Source: Geosiphon pyriformis uo1
Taxonomy: Eukaryota; Fungi; Glomeromycota
Length of the DNA: 64,000 nucleotides
Direction of reading: 5' to 3'
Assembly (NCBI GenBank): GCA_016748015.1
Contig: JAAOMT010000445.1
Span: 62,001 to 126,000 of the forward strand
In this document: positions 53,690 through 64,000 of the stretch, one piece after another
How positions within the stretch are numbered: position 1 is the first letter of the stretch
Layout of the letters: each line of letters opens with the position of its first letter
Translations under genes and position numbers: made by a program
The notes under the pieces: model-generated
Told to the model about the DNA's origin: nothing
What the model saw: only the letters and a program-made list of their open reading frames with translations
Database searches by the model: none

Positions 53690-56600
53690 TATAAGAGATT
53701 TGAAAATAAAAGAAAATTATTTTTGGTGTATGGGTTTTTATTATTTTTGCTTTGTTTTTGTGAGATTGTTTCTAAATTATAAGGAGATAACTATAATAAT
53801 AAATTTAAGTTAAGTGTTCAAGTTGGGAGGTTGTTCAATGATGACTATTGGTTCTAAATTTTGGGGAATATCTTTGGGATTGATTAAAAGGGAATGTGTA
53901 CCAATTTGTGGAATTAATAGTTCAGGATTGTTTCTAGAATTATAGTGTTTTAAACAATCTTCATGTGCAACTTTTGCTAAGATTTTGTCATCAAGTCTTA
54001 GCTTGTATGATCCGTTGTCTAAGACTTCATGGATAAAGAATGATCTATCCCATTTATTTTCAAATTTTTCACTCTATTGTTTTTTAGCTTTAGTTTTGTG
54101 TAAGAGAACTTTGTTTTCAATTTTAAATCCATTGGTAACTGGAGGCAATTTGTTGTCATGCCATTCTTTTTGTTAAGCTTGGAAGTATTTAATATGGGTG
54201 GCTGCTATTCGTTGTTTTTCTTCCAATGTGCTAAGCAGTATGTAGGCTCTTCATTGTAGTGTTTCTTGAAAGTTGTCTTTATTAATTGGTTGTACTGAGT
54301 ATGTTTCTATTATGAAACTAATTGGTAACGTTGCTGTCCTTCTGTAAGTTAAATCAAATGGTGTGTGTTTTGTGGTATCTTGTTTTAGTGTTCTATATGC
54401 TAGTAACACTGATGGAATAAAGAGATCCTATTCTTGCTCAAAATCAGTTGAGACTTTGGCTAATGATTCACACAATGTACTGTTGAAACATTTTACAAAT
54501 TCATTTGTTTGTGGATAGTAGGGCAAAGATAATGGTCTTTTAATATTAAATCATCCACAAATTTCCTGGATTAAATTGTTCACAAAATGTGTTCCTTGAT
54601 CAGATAAAAGTTCTATTGGACATCTATGTCTACAAATAATGTCTTTGTAAATGAAGTTTACTACTGATTTCACATCTGCTTATTGAATGACTTGGGCTTC
54701 AGACCATTTGGTGAGATAGTCTACAGCTACTGCAATATAACGGTTTTCTTGGTTTGTAATAGGGAGTGGTCTGACTAAATTGATACTAACTCGATTAAAA
54801 GGCTGTCCAACTTTGATTGGGTTTAAAGGTTCTGTAGAGCGAGTTTTTCCTCTTCTTTAACAACTATCACAAGACTTAATGTATTCATGAATGTCTTTTC
54901 TCATTTGAAGCCAAAAATAATATTCTAGTGTTCTTTGGGTGGTGCTGTCTTTTTCTAGGTGTGTTGATGAAAAGTCTGAGTGCATGTTATATAAAATGGT
55001 TTCTTTTTCATGTTCTTGTATTAATCTGAGTAGATTGTCTGGGTTTCTGAAGTTTCGATAATAAATCATGTTGTTGTGTAAGAAGTATTGTTTGGCTTGT
55101 TGTTGTAACCAATGTTTTTTATTTGAGAACCAATCTGTTGGGATTGTTAATGTCTCCAAATATTGTTTAAGGTTGTTGTAGTTTTCAGAGTTCATTGTTT
55201 GTTGTTTTGTTGTTAATTCAAATGGGTGTTGGTTTTGTATTCTAATCTTGCCTCATTCTTGAGAGACAATTAACATTGGTGTGGAGTTTTTCTGATTTGT
55301 GGTGTACAATGTATTGGTAGTTGGCTAGAAATCCTGTCTATCGGATTTGTTTTGTGTTTAGCTAAGTGTTTTTGTTCTGAAGCCATTTGAGTCCAATATT
55401 ATCAGTGATAATATTAAATTCTTTGGATCTAAGGTAAAGGTTGAAGTGATGTAGAGCCCAGATTACTGCTGCAGTTTTTAATTCTGTTGCAGAGTAGTTC
55501 TTTTCGGCTGGTTTCAATGTTCTACTAGCATAAGCAATTACTCGCTTATTTCTATTATCATCTAACTGTAATAAGATGACACCAAAGGCAGTATAAGAGG
55601 CATCTGTTGCTAACTGAAATTGGTTGCTGAAATCTGAGTAGGCGAGAATTGGAGCTGTTATTAGTTTTTCTTTGAGGATTTCAAATACATTTTGGTGTTC
55701 AGCAGTCCATTTGTATTCAATGTTTTTGGTGGTAAGCTGGTTGAGAGGTTTTGCGATTTCTGAGAATTTTTTGATAAACTTCCAATAGTAGGAGGCTAAC
55801 CCTATGAATCCTTTTAGTTCTGTAGTGTTTTGAAGAGTTTTGAAGTTTTTGACAGTGCTGATTTTTCCAGAGTCTGGTTTGATTCCATTTTTACTAATGA
55901 TGTGACCAAAAAAGGCCAAGCTTGTTTTTCCAAAGTAGCATTTTTTGATGTTAAGTTTCAGTCCTGTTTTTCATAATCATTGAAAAACTTTTCACAAATG
56001 TTTTAAGTGTAATTCAAATGATGAAGAATAAACATCAGTATTGTCAAAATAAATGACTACTGACTTCCAAAGGAGTCCTTTGTACACAATATCTAATCTC
56101 TGAAATGTTGCTGGTGCATTGCATAATCTGAAAGGCATTACATTGAATTTGTAGTTTTTTCCTTGGGTTGTGAAGGCTGTTTTGGAATGATCTTTGGGGT
56201 CCATGGCAACTTGTCAGTATCTGCTTTCTAGATCTAGTGTTGAAAAGTATTTGGCCTTTCCAAGGGCATCCAACATATCATCAATTCAGAGAAAAGGATA
56301 GACATCTTCAATGGTGACACTATTGAGTTGTCAATAATCAATACAAAATCGTATCTTTCCATTTTTCTTTTTAACTAAGACCACAGGTGAGGCCCATAGA
56401 CTTATTGATGGTTGGATAAGCCCATTGTTGAGCATCCGTTGTACTTTTTTGTGGATAAATTGGTGACTTTCTGGAGTAACTTGGTAGGCTTGCTGTCACC
56501 TTAGTTTGACATCTCCTGTATAGATTTGGTGTTAGACCAAATCAATTCTTTCTAAGTCATTGTTGTTTTCAGCAAAGATATCAGCAAATTCTGCAATTAG

Positions 56601-57119
56601 CTCTTTAAGCTGGCTCTGTTATTGTAGTTCAAGTTGTCCCATGTTGATTCGAGATAGTTTTTCCATAACAACATGGTAGTTTTCAAAACTGAAGTTTGGG
56701 TTGATTTTTGGTAGTAAATGTTCAATAATTTCAGAGAAATCAGGAACTGTTTGGGGTAATTCTTGTTGAAAGATATTACTGTGAATAATTCTAATTTCTA
56801 AGTTATTTAATAAAACTATGGGGAAATTGTTGGGATTATAAAAAGTAACTCGGATTTTCTTTGTTCCTTCTGGAATATAAATGTTTGGGATCGAAATATT
56901 ATGTTCCAAACAGATTTGTTCATTGGACTCAAAAATTTGTTGTGTGGTTGTTGGCTTTTCATAAGTGTAAATTTCAGGGTGTTTTCTAAAGAGTGAAATG
57001 GTAATTGGTTGTAGAAGTCATAAAATCTGGTGAGATTTTTTCTGTTCATTGAGGGCTATGTTTACTGGAACTGTGAATTATCTAGTTGAAAAAATCATTA
57101 TTTTTTTCTTATTCTGAGT

Positions 57120-57520
57120 TTTTGGGTTTCTCTTTCACTTTTTCCCAATAGTTCTCTTTAATTGACTAATTGTAAACCTGAAATATTGATTAAGAGTAAA
57201 TAAATGGCTTAGGCAATTTTCTCAGCATGTTCAATTTTAAATGGCTTGTCAGTTTTGTTTTGGAGTATTACTGTTATGTCACCAGTATATCCAGCATTGA
57301 TTATTCCTCCTCTGACATTGATTCCTTTGCTTGCCAAAGAGGACTGGGAGGCAATTTGAACCATTGCTCTTGGTGGGATTTCGAAAGCAATTTTGAGGTT
57401 GATTTTTGTGAGAAATTTGGGTTTGAGAATAAGAGTATCTTTGTCTGAATATTTTAGGTTATATTCAGCATCAATTTTATGTGCTTTTTTGGGTTTTATT
57501 CCTTGTCTATTGTTGTTGAA
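57120..57520 (-). pseudogene. dUTPase domain in the pol of element A
   Basis: KAHKIDAEYNL, QIASQSSLASKGINVRGGIINAGYTGDI, EKIA*AIY. Confidence 0.88.
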
Positions 57521-60500
57521 GTATTTGAGTTATAAGACAGGCTGATTTTCGATGAGATAGATGGGTGTTGTTTCAATTTTTTCTGTTGCTTCAGGTTTTC
57601 CAAATTCAATTTCATATTCATCACTTTCACTGGGCAAGGGGATGCTAAGAACATAGCATTCAGAACACCATTGTTCATCACAAGGCATTATGCATTTCTT
57701 ACATAATTTAATGTTCATTTGTTCTAGCCGTTGAGCTTGAGCTTCTTTAGTCAGGTAGATGTGACTTGTGATTTGATGGTACACTTCTACTTTATCTTCA
57801 TAATCAAATCTAGCTAATTCCATGGTGTATTCAATGTATTCTGCTTCTTTCATTTGACGAACATTTTCTTTGGTAGCTTTATTAACTAATGTCATTGTTA
57901 GATCAAAAATTATTTTAGCATTATGGGGGTAGTGATAAAGTTTGTTGAGAGCATTGTTGTATGCTGCATCAAAAGGTGTTCCTCTTTTGACTTTTTCTGA
58001 AATTGATAAAGCATATTGGCAGGTTTGATTGTAGACTCCTCCTCTTATTGCTACATCAATCCAATTGCATTTTTCTGATAGCATATCTCTACAAGTCAAA
58101 CAAGGGGTGTTGTCCTATTTTCTGCTTCTTTTTATTAAATGGCCCCATTGTTCTCTGTGGCAAGCTTTGCAGTAATAACAAGTATGATTTTCATATTCTT
58201 CTTCAGGTGAAATGCAGGCTCCCATTAAGGAAAGTTTTTTGTGGCAGTCCTTACATTTGAGTAGAATGTAAGGGTGTCATTTCTTTGGTTCTGGTTTAGA
58301 ATATGGGATGTTCCATCCAGAGGTTTCTGGTTCCTCTGGATATGAGTTTGTTGCAAAATATGTTTGCTCAGTTTCTTCAGCCCAGTTAGATGTTAATTCA
58401 AGTACCATAAATGTTTCGACTACAGGCTTTTCTTTCTCTTCTTCAAATTCGAAGACAGGGGTTTTTTCTGATTGTTTGTTGAATGTACCACAAGTAACAA
58501 GTACTCAGGCATGTTGTCCTTGATAGGAGAGTTGTAATTCTTGGGTTTCCCAGTTTAATTTTGCATTGGCTTTTTGGAGCCAATTATTTCCGACAAAAGC
58601 TTGATACTGGGGCATGTTCATTACAAGAATTTTGACTGGAATAGTGATTTCATCAAGAGTAAACAGAAAATTGTCAATTTCTTCTACTGGAGTCTTTTTC
58701 ATGCCATCAGCAATAACGATTACTGTTTGAGCTGGTCAGTTGACATTTCTCTTTAACTGTTGTATTAACTAGTAGGTAATGATACTTCCAGTGGATCCAC
58801 TGTCTAAGATCAAGTGAATTGCCTTTTCTTTGACTTCTGCTTCAGTGTACATAGCAGTGATTGCTTTTTGTTCATTGGTGGCTGTATTGCTAAGCAAGAA
58901 TGGTGACTCATTTGCTTCGAACTCAAAAGAGAATATATCTAAAAGGTTGGCATTTTCAGCAATTCTGGCTGGTGGGATTGTGGTAGAAATATAGGAATAA
59001 TTTTGTTGTCGTGCTGCAGCTCTACCTTCTGAGAGTGCAGTATGGTGAAAATTCTGTTCTTCAGGTATTGTAAGATAGCTAGGTTGAGTATGATAATGGG
59101 TGGGTCTTGGCTGAGCTGGATTTTGGGGAACTAATTGGTTATTTGGGTTGATTCTGTTGTTGTTTGTTGTGAATCAGTTTTGTGGTGCAAATTGGTTTTG
59201 TTAAACCAATCTTCGAGCAGGTACTTAGTAATGTTGAATGGGTTGTCAATACTATTGTTGCATTGGCTGTGGAGCAGGTTGATAGTAATCAGTTTAATAT
59301 TGTGGTTTTGGTGAATAGTAAGTTGGTGATAGTGGTAGTTGGTAATAAGATTGTTGTGGCGAAGGGTAACATTGATTACTCCTGTTTTGTTGGTCTTATT
59401 GTAGCTTTCTGCAATCTCTTTTCTAATGGCCAGGGATTCCACAGTAATGGTAATTTTAAGGCTGGTTATTAGAGGATAATACGAAGTTGTTTTAATTCCG
59501 TCTTTGGGGTGGTTGATATCTTTGGGGTTGCTGTTGTTGTTGGTTGGTGAAATAGTTTTCGATTTTCTTTGTAAGTTGGTCAATTTTCTCTTCAGCTGTT
59601 GAGCTGGTCTTTCTAATGACTAAGTTCATAAGTTTTGTTTGGCTTCTTTCATGGCCATTTCATATCTGAATGGCAAAGTTTAAATCTTCTGAAGCATGTG
59701 GGCAAATCTTTTTAATCAGTTTATCCTTTAAACCAGCAATAAATTGATCCAAGATTTGAGCATCAGAATAATAATCATTAGTTTTAAGTTGGTGAATTCA
59801 TCTAAAAAGTTTGTTGAATTTTCTAATATAAGTCATGACAGATTCGGAGGGTTCTTGTTTGATATTACGAAAACAATTTCAAAGTGTAATTGAGGTGTTG
59901 TTATTGGTGAATTGTTCTAAGAAAGCAGTTTTGAAAGCTGTCTAGTCATTAAAAGGGGTGGTCAAGTTTTCAAACCATTCACCTGCTATTTCTTTGAGAA
60001 AGTAGGGAATTGTTTTTAACATTCTGACAACATTCCATCCATTTGCATCTCCAGCTTTAGTAACTTGGTCGAACTATTCTTGGGAACTGGTCTCAATGTC
60101 TTCTCCATTAAATTCAGAATTTTTTGTGATGTATGCTGTCATTTCGTCTTCTTTGTTTTCACTGTTTATTAATTCTTCTTCAGATATTTCAGAGTTGTTT
60201 TCTTTGTTTGCTGCTGTTTTAGAGTGTTCACTTCGATTTTCAGCTAGAAAGTCAAGGAGATTGGAACTAGTTTGAAGGGGTTCTTGTTGTCTGGTGGGAC
60301 TTCTGGGTGATGTAAAATCTTCTAGTCTTGCAAATCAATTTAAGAGTAAATTAGGTGTTTGTGCTTGTGTAAGTGAAGCTGGAAAAGGTGTGATAGTAAG
60401 TGGAAGTTTTGAACTGGTTTCTTGTTCAGATGTTTGTAAGTGTTTGGCAGTTGTTTTTGGTAGTATTGGAGTATTTGGGGTGGTTTTTGAGTATTGCTTC

Positions 60501-60919
60501 AATTTTTGTTTGCCTTTGTTGCTTGTTTTTGTCTCTGATTCAAAATCAATAGAGTATTAAGACTGCACTAGATATGTTTCTTCACAGTACTTGATAATGT
60601 TAAAATTAAGTTCTTGAAAGTAAGTGGCAAGTGTTTTACTGTTAAGGTCTTCAGTTTCCAACTGTGAATAGTGTACTAAATTATTGTAAAGATTGTTTCT
60701 AACTTTTGAGATATTGTAATTTTCAAAAAGATAATTGTTGATGCAGTTTTCAATGTATTGGTATATTGATTTCTTGACAACATTAATTCCATCTGGAATG
60801 TTGAATCTTTGCTTGCAGTGAGTGTAAATTGACTGGTAATACTCTAGAGTTGTTGCATCTAGTGTGGTCACCACTTTGAAGTAGTTTTTGCTGTGTTGTT
60901 TTTGTAGGAGAGCACCAAA

Positions 60920-61889
60920 TGTTACCGGAGGTTTTTGGTTTCTTCTTAGCTCTTGTATGTTTGTTGTAATGCTGTTAATTCACGACTATGGGAAGTGTTT
61001 GAACCTCCAATAACTGAATTTTATCTTCAAATTATCTCTTATAATTTGAACTGCTGGGCTTATAAGTGGAATGGCCAATTCTGTCATGTAGTTACATTGT
61101 AATAAACGTCAACTTTTTCCCAGGAATTGCTCGTCTGGAAGCTCACTAAAAATGTGTAGTTACTTTGCTGTGAAAGTCAACTCTTCTACAGGAATCTCGT
61201 CTGTAGGCTATCCTAATGATTATAATAAGAAAATAAAAGAAAAAAAATAAAAGAAATGTAAAAGAAATAGAATTCTGTCAAGGGAAACATTTTCTATCCA
61301 GGTCTGGAGTCACTAACAGTTTACTGAAATTGGTAGCTAATTAATTTCAAAATGTTAGTTGGATTTTGGGGATTTTTTCAAGTGCAATAATTAAAGAATT
61401 TGGTTTTTCGAATTATTTGATATTTATTTCTTTTTGTGTGTGTAGAAATAGTTCTAAGTAATAAATCTAAAGTAAGATATATTTTTTTGAAAAGAGAAGC
61501 TCTTCTTTTATACAACTTATTGTAACACTATTCTATGAACTTGAACTTTGTTCTTTTCTACAATTTCACTGAACTAAAAATACATTTCGGCAAACTACAA
61601 GTTATTTCTGTGAACTATTAGATATTTCAGTAAACTGTCAATTATTTTGGCAAATTTCTACAAATTTCGGCGAACTTTTGAATGTCACATATTTCGGGGT
61701 ATTGCATAATTGATCATCACACTTAGGTTATATTTGTGTTATGTACAAATTGGGTTATTAATTAAATGATAATTTCAGACATTTTGCTAATGTAATAGAT
61801 GATAATTTGAAATAATAATATATGCTAATTAATGATAGGAATAAAGATAATTTCATGCTAAATAATATCTCTAATTTTGTTTGGTAACA
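60920..61889 (-). repeat. 5' LTR of element A
   Basis: Adjacent to the PBS; ~11-12 bp deletion near 61085 relative to the other LTR. Confidence 0.96.
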
Positions 61890-62517
61890 ACATGTAATTG
61901 CTTATGTTAGTAGAAGTCTCAGTATAACAGAGCAAAACTATGCAGCACACAAACTGGAATGCTTAGCAGTAGTCTGGAGTTGTGTTTACTTTGACATATA
62001 TTTATGGTACAAACCTTTTGATATTACCACAGATCATAGAGGTCTGGTCTGGTTAAATAACAAGAAAGCGCTGAAAAAAAAATACACCAGATGGTCACAA
62101 ATATTAGCACTATATAATTATATCATCAAATACAAAAAAGGTACCAAAAATGCCAATGCTGACTGTTTGTTAAGAATAAGACACACATAAAAATCATGAA
62201 TCCATCCATCAATTAGAGTATTTGACAAAACAACAATCTAACAATTAGAAAGTTTTATTGGAAAAACCAACAATACATTCAATTCAAAAAGCAGTTTACA
62301 GAATTTTTAAAGCATTTGAAAAATTGTCACAAAGTATTACTAGATCCAACCATAAACATAATAACAACCAACAGTATTAGACAACTTACCAACTTACAAT
62401 TTCAAGAATTACAACAACAAGTTAATAATACAGTATTGGATTACTATAGCAACTTAGAATTCAATAAAAAAATTAACTTTGATTTTGACAGAGCTCAATT
62501 TTGAAAGGAGGGAATAA

Positions 62518-63314
62518 TATTACAGTTCAAAAATTTAATAGAAATTATAAATAATATAAATTAGCCAATCATGAAATAGCACAGCAACAATTTATAAAAA
62601 GAAATGATTTACAAATAACAGCAAGCACTATTGTACAAAAGCAGTAAGCACTATTATGCAAAAGCAGCAAGCACTATTTAGAAATAACAAAAATAAAGTA
62701 TTATAAGACGTTATTTTGTAAAACAATAATTATATATATATACAATAATTTTTAATGATGAAAAAGAACAAGTTTTAACTAGAAACAACAAATATCTAAA
62801 TAAAATTTTATTCAAAAAAAAAAGAATTAATAAAAATAATAAATTGAATGAATATCACAATTATGAGATTAACAATAGAATTCACATACCCTCTTTAACA
62901 AATAAAACTATCATTCTATCTTTGAACTTTTTGGAAGAATAATCCCTAATCAAGATTATTCATGTGGTTACTAATTAAATTGAAAAAGCTTTATTATATA
63001 CTTAAGAAAATTGTGAAAAGACTATTAACACTCTGTGTTTCTAGATTAAAGAAACACATCAGGCAATTGCAAGGATAGCCTCAAAAAAAACTCCAAACAG
63101 TGGGTAGATTTCAGATTAACTTCTGGGAAAGAGTATACAACATACAAAGACAACTAGAATTAAAGAAAAGATTTATATCACAACATCAAGAGAAAACTTT
63201 CAGTATATTATTATTAATATCCAACACATAAAATAGAGAAACTCATGAGAGACTGATTGCAATTAAAATGAAAGATCAATAATTAAAATATACCAAGAAA
63301 ACACTCTCATAACA
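62518..63314 (+). repeat. 3' LTR of element B
   Basis: Follows the PPT; the terminal TG has mutated to TA; ends cataaca. Confidence 0.95.
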
Positions 63315-63318
63315 ATGC

Positions 63319-64000
63319 CAAAGAAATCCTGTCTGAAAAAATCTTAGAAAGTATCTTGTGGGCAGTCTTAATCAAGGCAATAGGTCGGGTGTTTGTAAGA
63401 ACCCCCTTCCACTCATAGGACTTGGGAATCATCGAAACCCAGGCTTTCTTCCAAGCACCTGGCACTGACTTATGGGTCAAACAAAAATTCAGAAGAACCA
63501 AAAGCATATCCAAAACCAATTTGTCGCAATGCTTCCAAAGCTCATTTGAGATCCCAGAAAGACCGGCAGCCTTGCCATCAGGTAGATCAAAAATCACACT
63601 AAGCAACTCATCAAAACCAACTGAACACATCACATTCAAAAAAGTATTGTTAAAAACGTAATCCAAAGGCCAATATTGACGAGACCATAATTCAGAAAAA
63701 TTTTCTACCACTTCGCATTTTCTAGTCCAGCCCTTCATAATAACATTCACTCTGGCTTTAACCAGATTGGGTTCTAAAATCAGTTCATTTTTAATCATCA
63801 GATGGTCTAAAACCACCTTTCGAAAAAGATGCTTTAACATGCTTTTTATTGTGTAACTTTTATTGGCCACAAAATTTTCCATTCGTTTATCAACAGCTAA
63901 TATAATTCTTGACTTCTTAGCTTGCAAAAACTTAGCAAGCTTGGATGCATAATATGATTTTTACACACTGAAAAGAGCCAAACATACACAATTAAAATCC
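63319..64000 (-). mobile_element. Same LINE, upstream part (RT N-terminal half); continues past the right edge
   Basis: LPDGKAAGLSGISNELWKH...WVSMIPK...NTRPIALI. Removing element B restores ...SDRISLA-C-NTFDIL... in frame. Confidence 0.92.

Larger units (their letters stand above)
52025..61889 (-). mobile_element. Ty3/Gypsy LTR retrotransposon A (inner), structurally complete but stop-riddled: leader-Gag-PR-Cys-rich-dUTPase-RT-RNase H-IN-ORF3
   Basis: LTRs 60920-61889 (5') and 52025-53005 (3'); TSD ACAT (52021-24 / 61890-93); PBS-like TGGTGCTCTCCTAC at 60917-60904; PPT gagaaggaga at 53018-53009; CGIPGH.KRDC knuckle; LILDSGSTG; VMPFRLCNAPATFQR and YFDN; LATDAS; H...H...CDSC integrase Zn motif. 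Removing A restores B's RNase H, GREH|VIAYVSRSL. Confidence 0.96.
45743..63314 (+). mobile_element. Ty3/Gypsy LTR retrotransposon B (outer): leader-Gag-PR-Cys-rich-dUTPase-RT-RNase H, integrase absent, ORF3 remnant; interrupted by element A
   Basis: LTRs 45743-46529 and 62518-63314 (TGTTAC...TAACA); TSD ATGC (45739-42 / 63315-18); PBS-like tttagtgaaccctac at 46530; PPT gaaaggagggaa at 62503-62514; CYFCKCVGYLISQC knuckle; LILDSKSAG protease; WSSPVVLV, RFCINYRKLN, VMPFGL and YLDN in RT. Confidence 0.95.

Noticed and set aside
60904-60917. Assigning a specific primer tRNA to the PBS
   Set aside because: The TGG start is PBS-like, but the host tRNA set is needed to identify it.
42869-63927. The many short ORFs here as independent host genes
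   Set aside because: They are stop/frameshift fragments or antisense frames of decayed LINE and Gypsy polyproteins.

Overview
Eukaryotic, AT-rich, intron-rich fungal DNA. Gene and TE content suggest an early-diverging fungus (Mucoromycota/Glomeromycotina-like; inference). Left half (1-31.7 kb), five spliced host genes: a CUE+Smr (Cue2-like) gene running off the left edge; a chromodomain + SPOC/PIN-like gene resembling Chp1/TASOR; a ~2,420-aa gene with an N-terminal ubiquitin-like (FERM-F0-like) domain and the ANKFN1/wide-awake core; topoisomerase II; and a Slt2/Mpk1-type MAP kinase. Right half (32-64 kb), a decayed retroelement graveyard with a cleanly resolvable three-level nest. A LINE (RT-RNase H-CCHC, minus strand) is split by Ty3/Gypsy element B (45743-63314, +, TSD ATGC), which is split by Gypsy element A (52025-61889, -, TSD ACAT). 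A third deleted Gypsy (C), solo/partial LTRs and AT-eroded relics lie nearby. The Gypsy elements have an unusually complex, retrovirus-like layout: a conserved pre-capsid helical leader, Gag, protease, an unknown ~200-aa Cys-rich domain, dUTPase, RT, RNase H, integrase, and a soluble third ORF that in A and C runs through the PPT into the 3' LTR. TE copies are mutated almost entirely by C>T/G>A transitions. All homology calls come from motif recognition by eye, not database searches.
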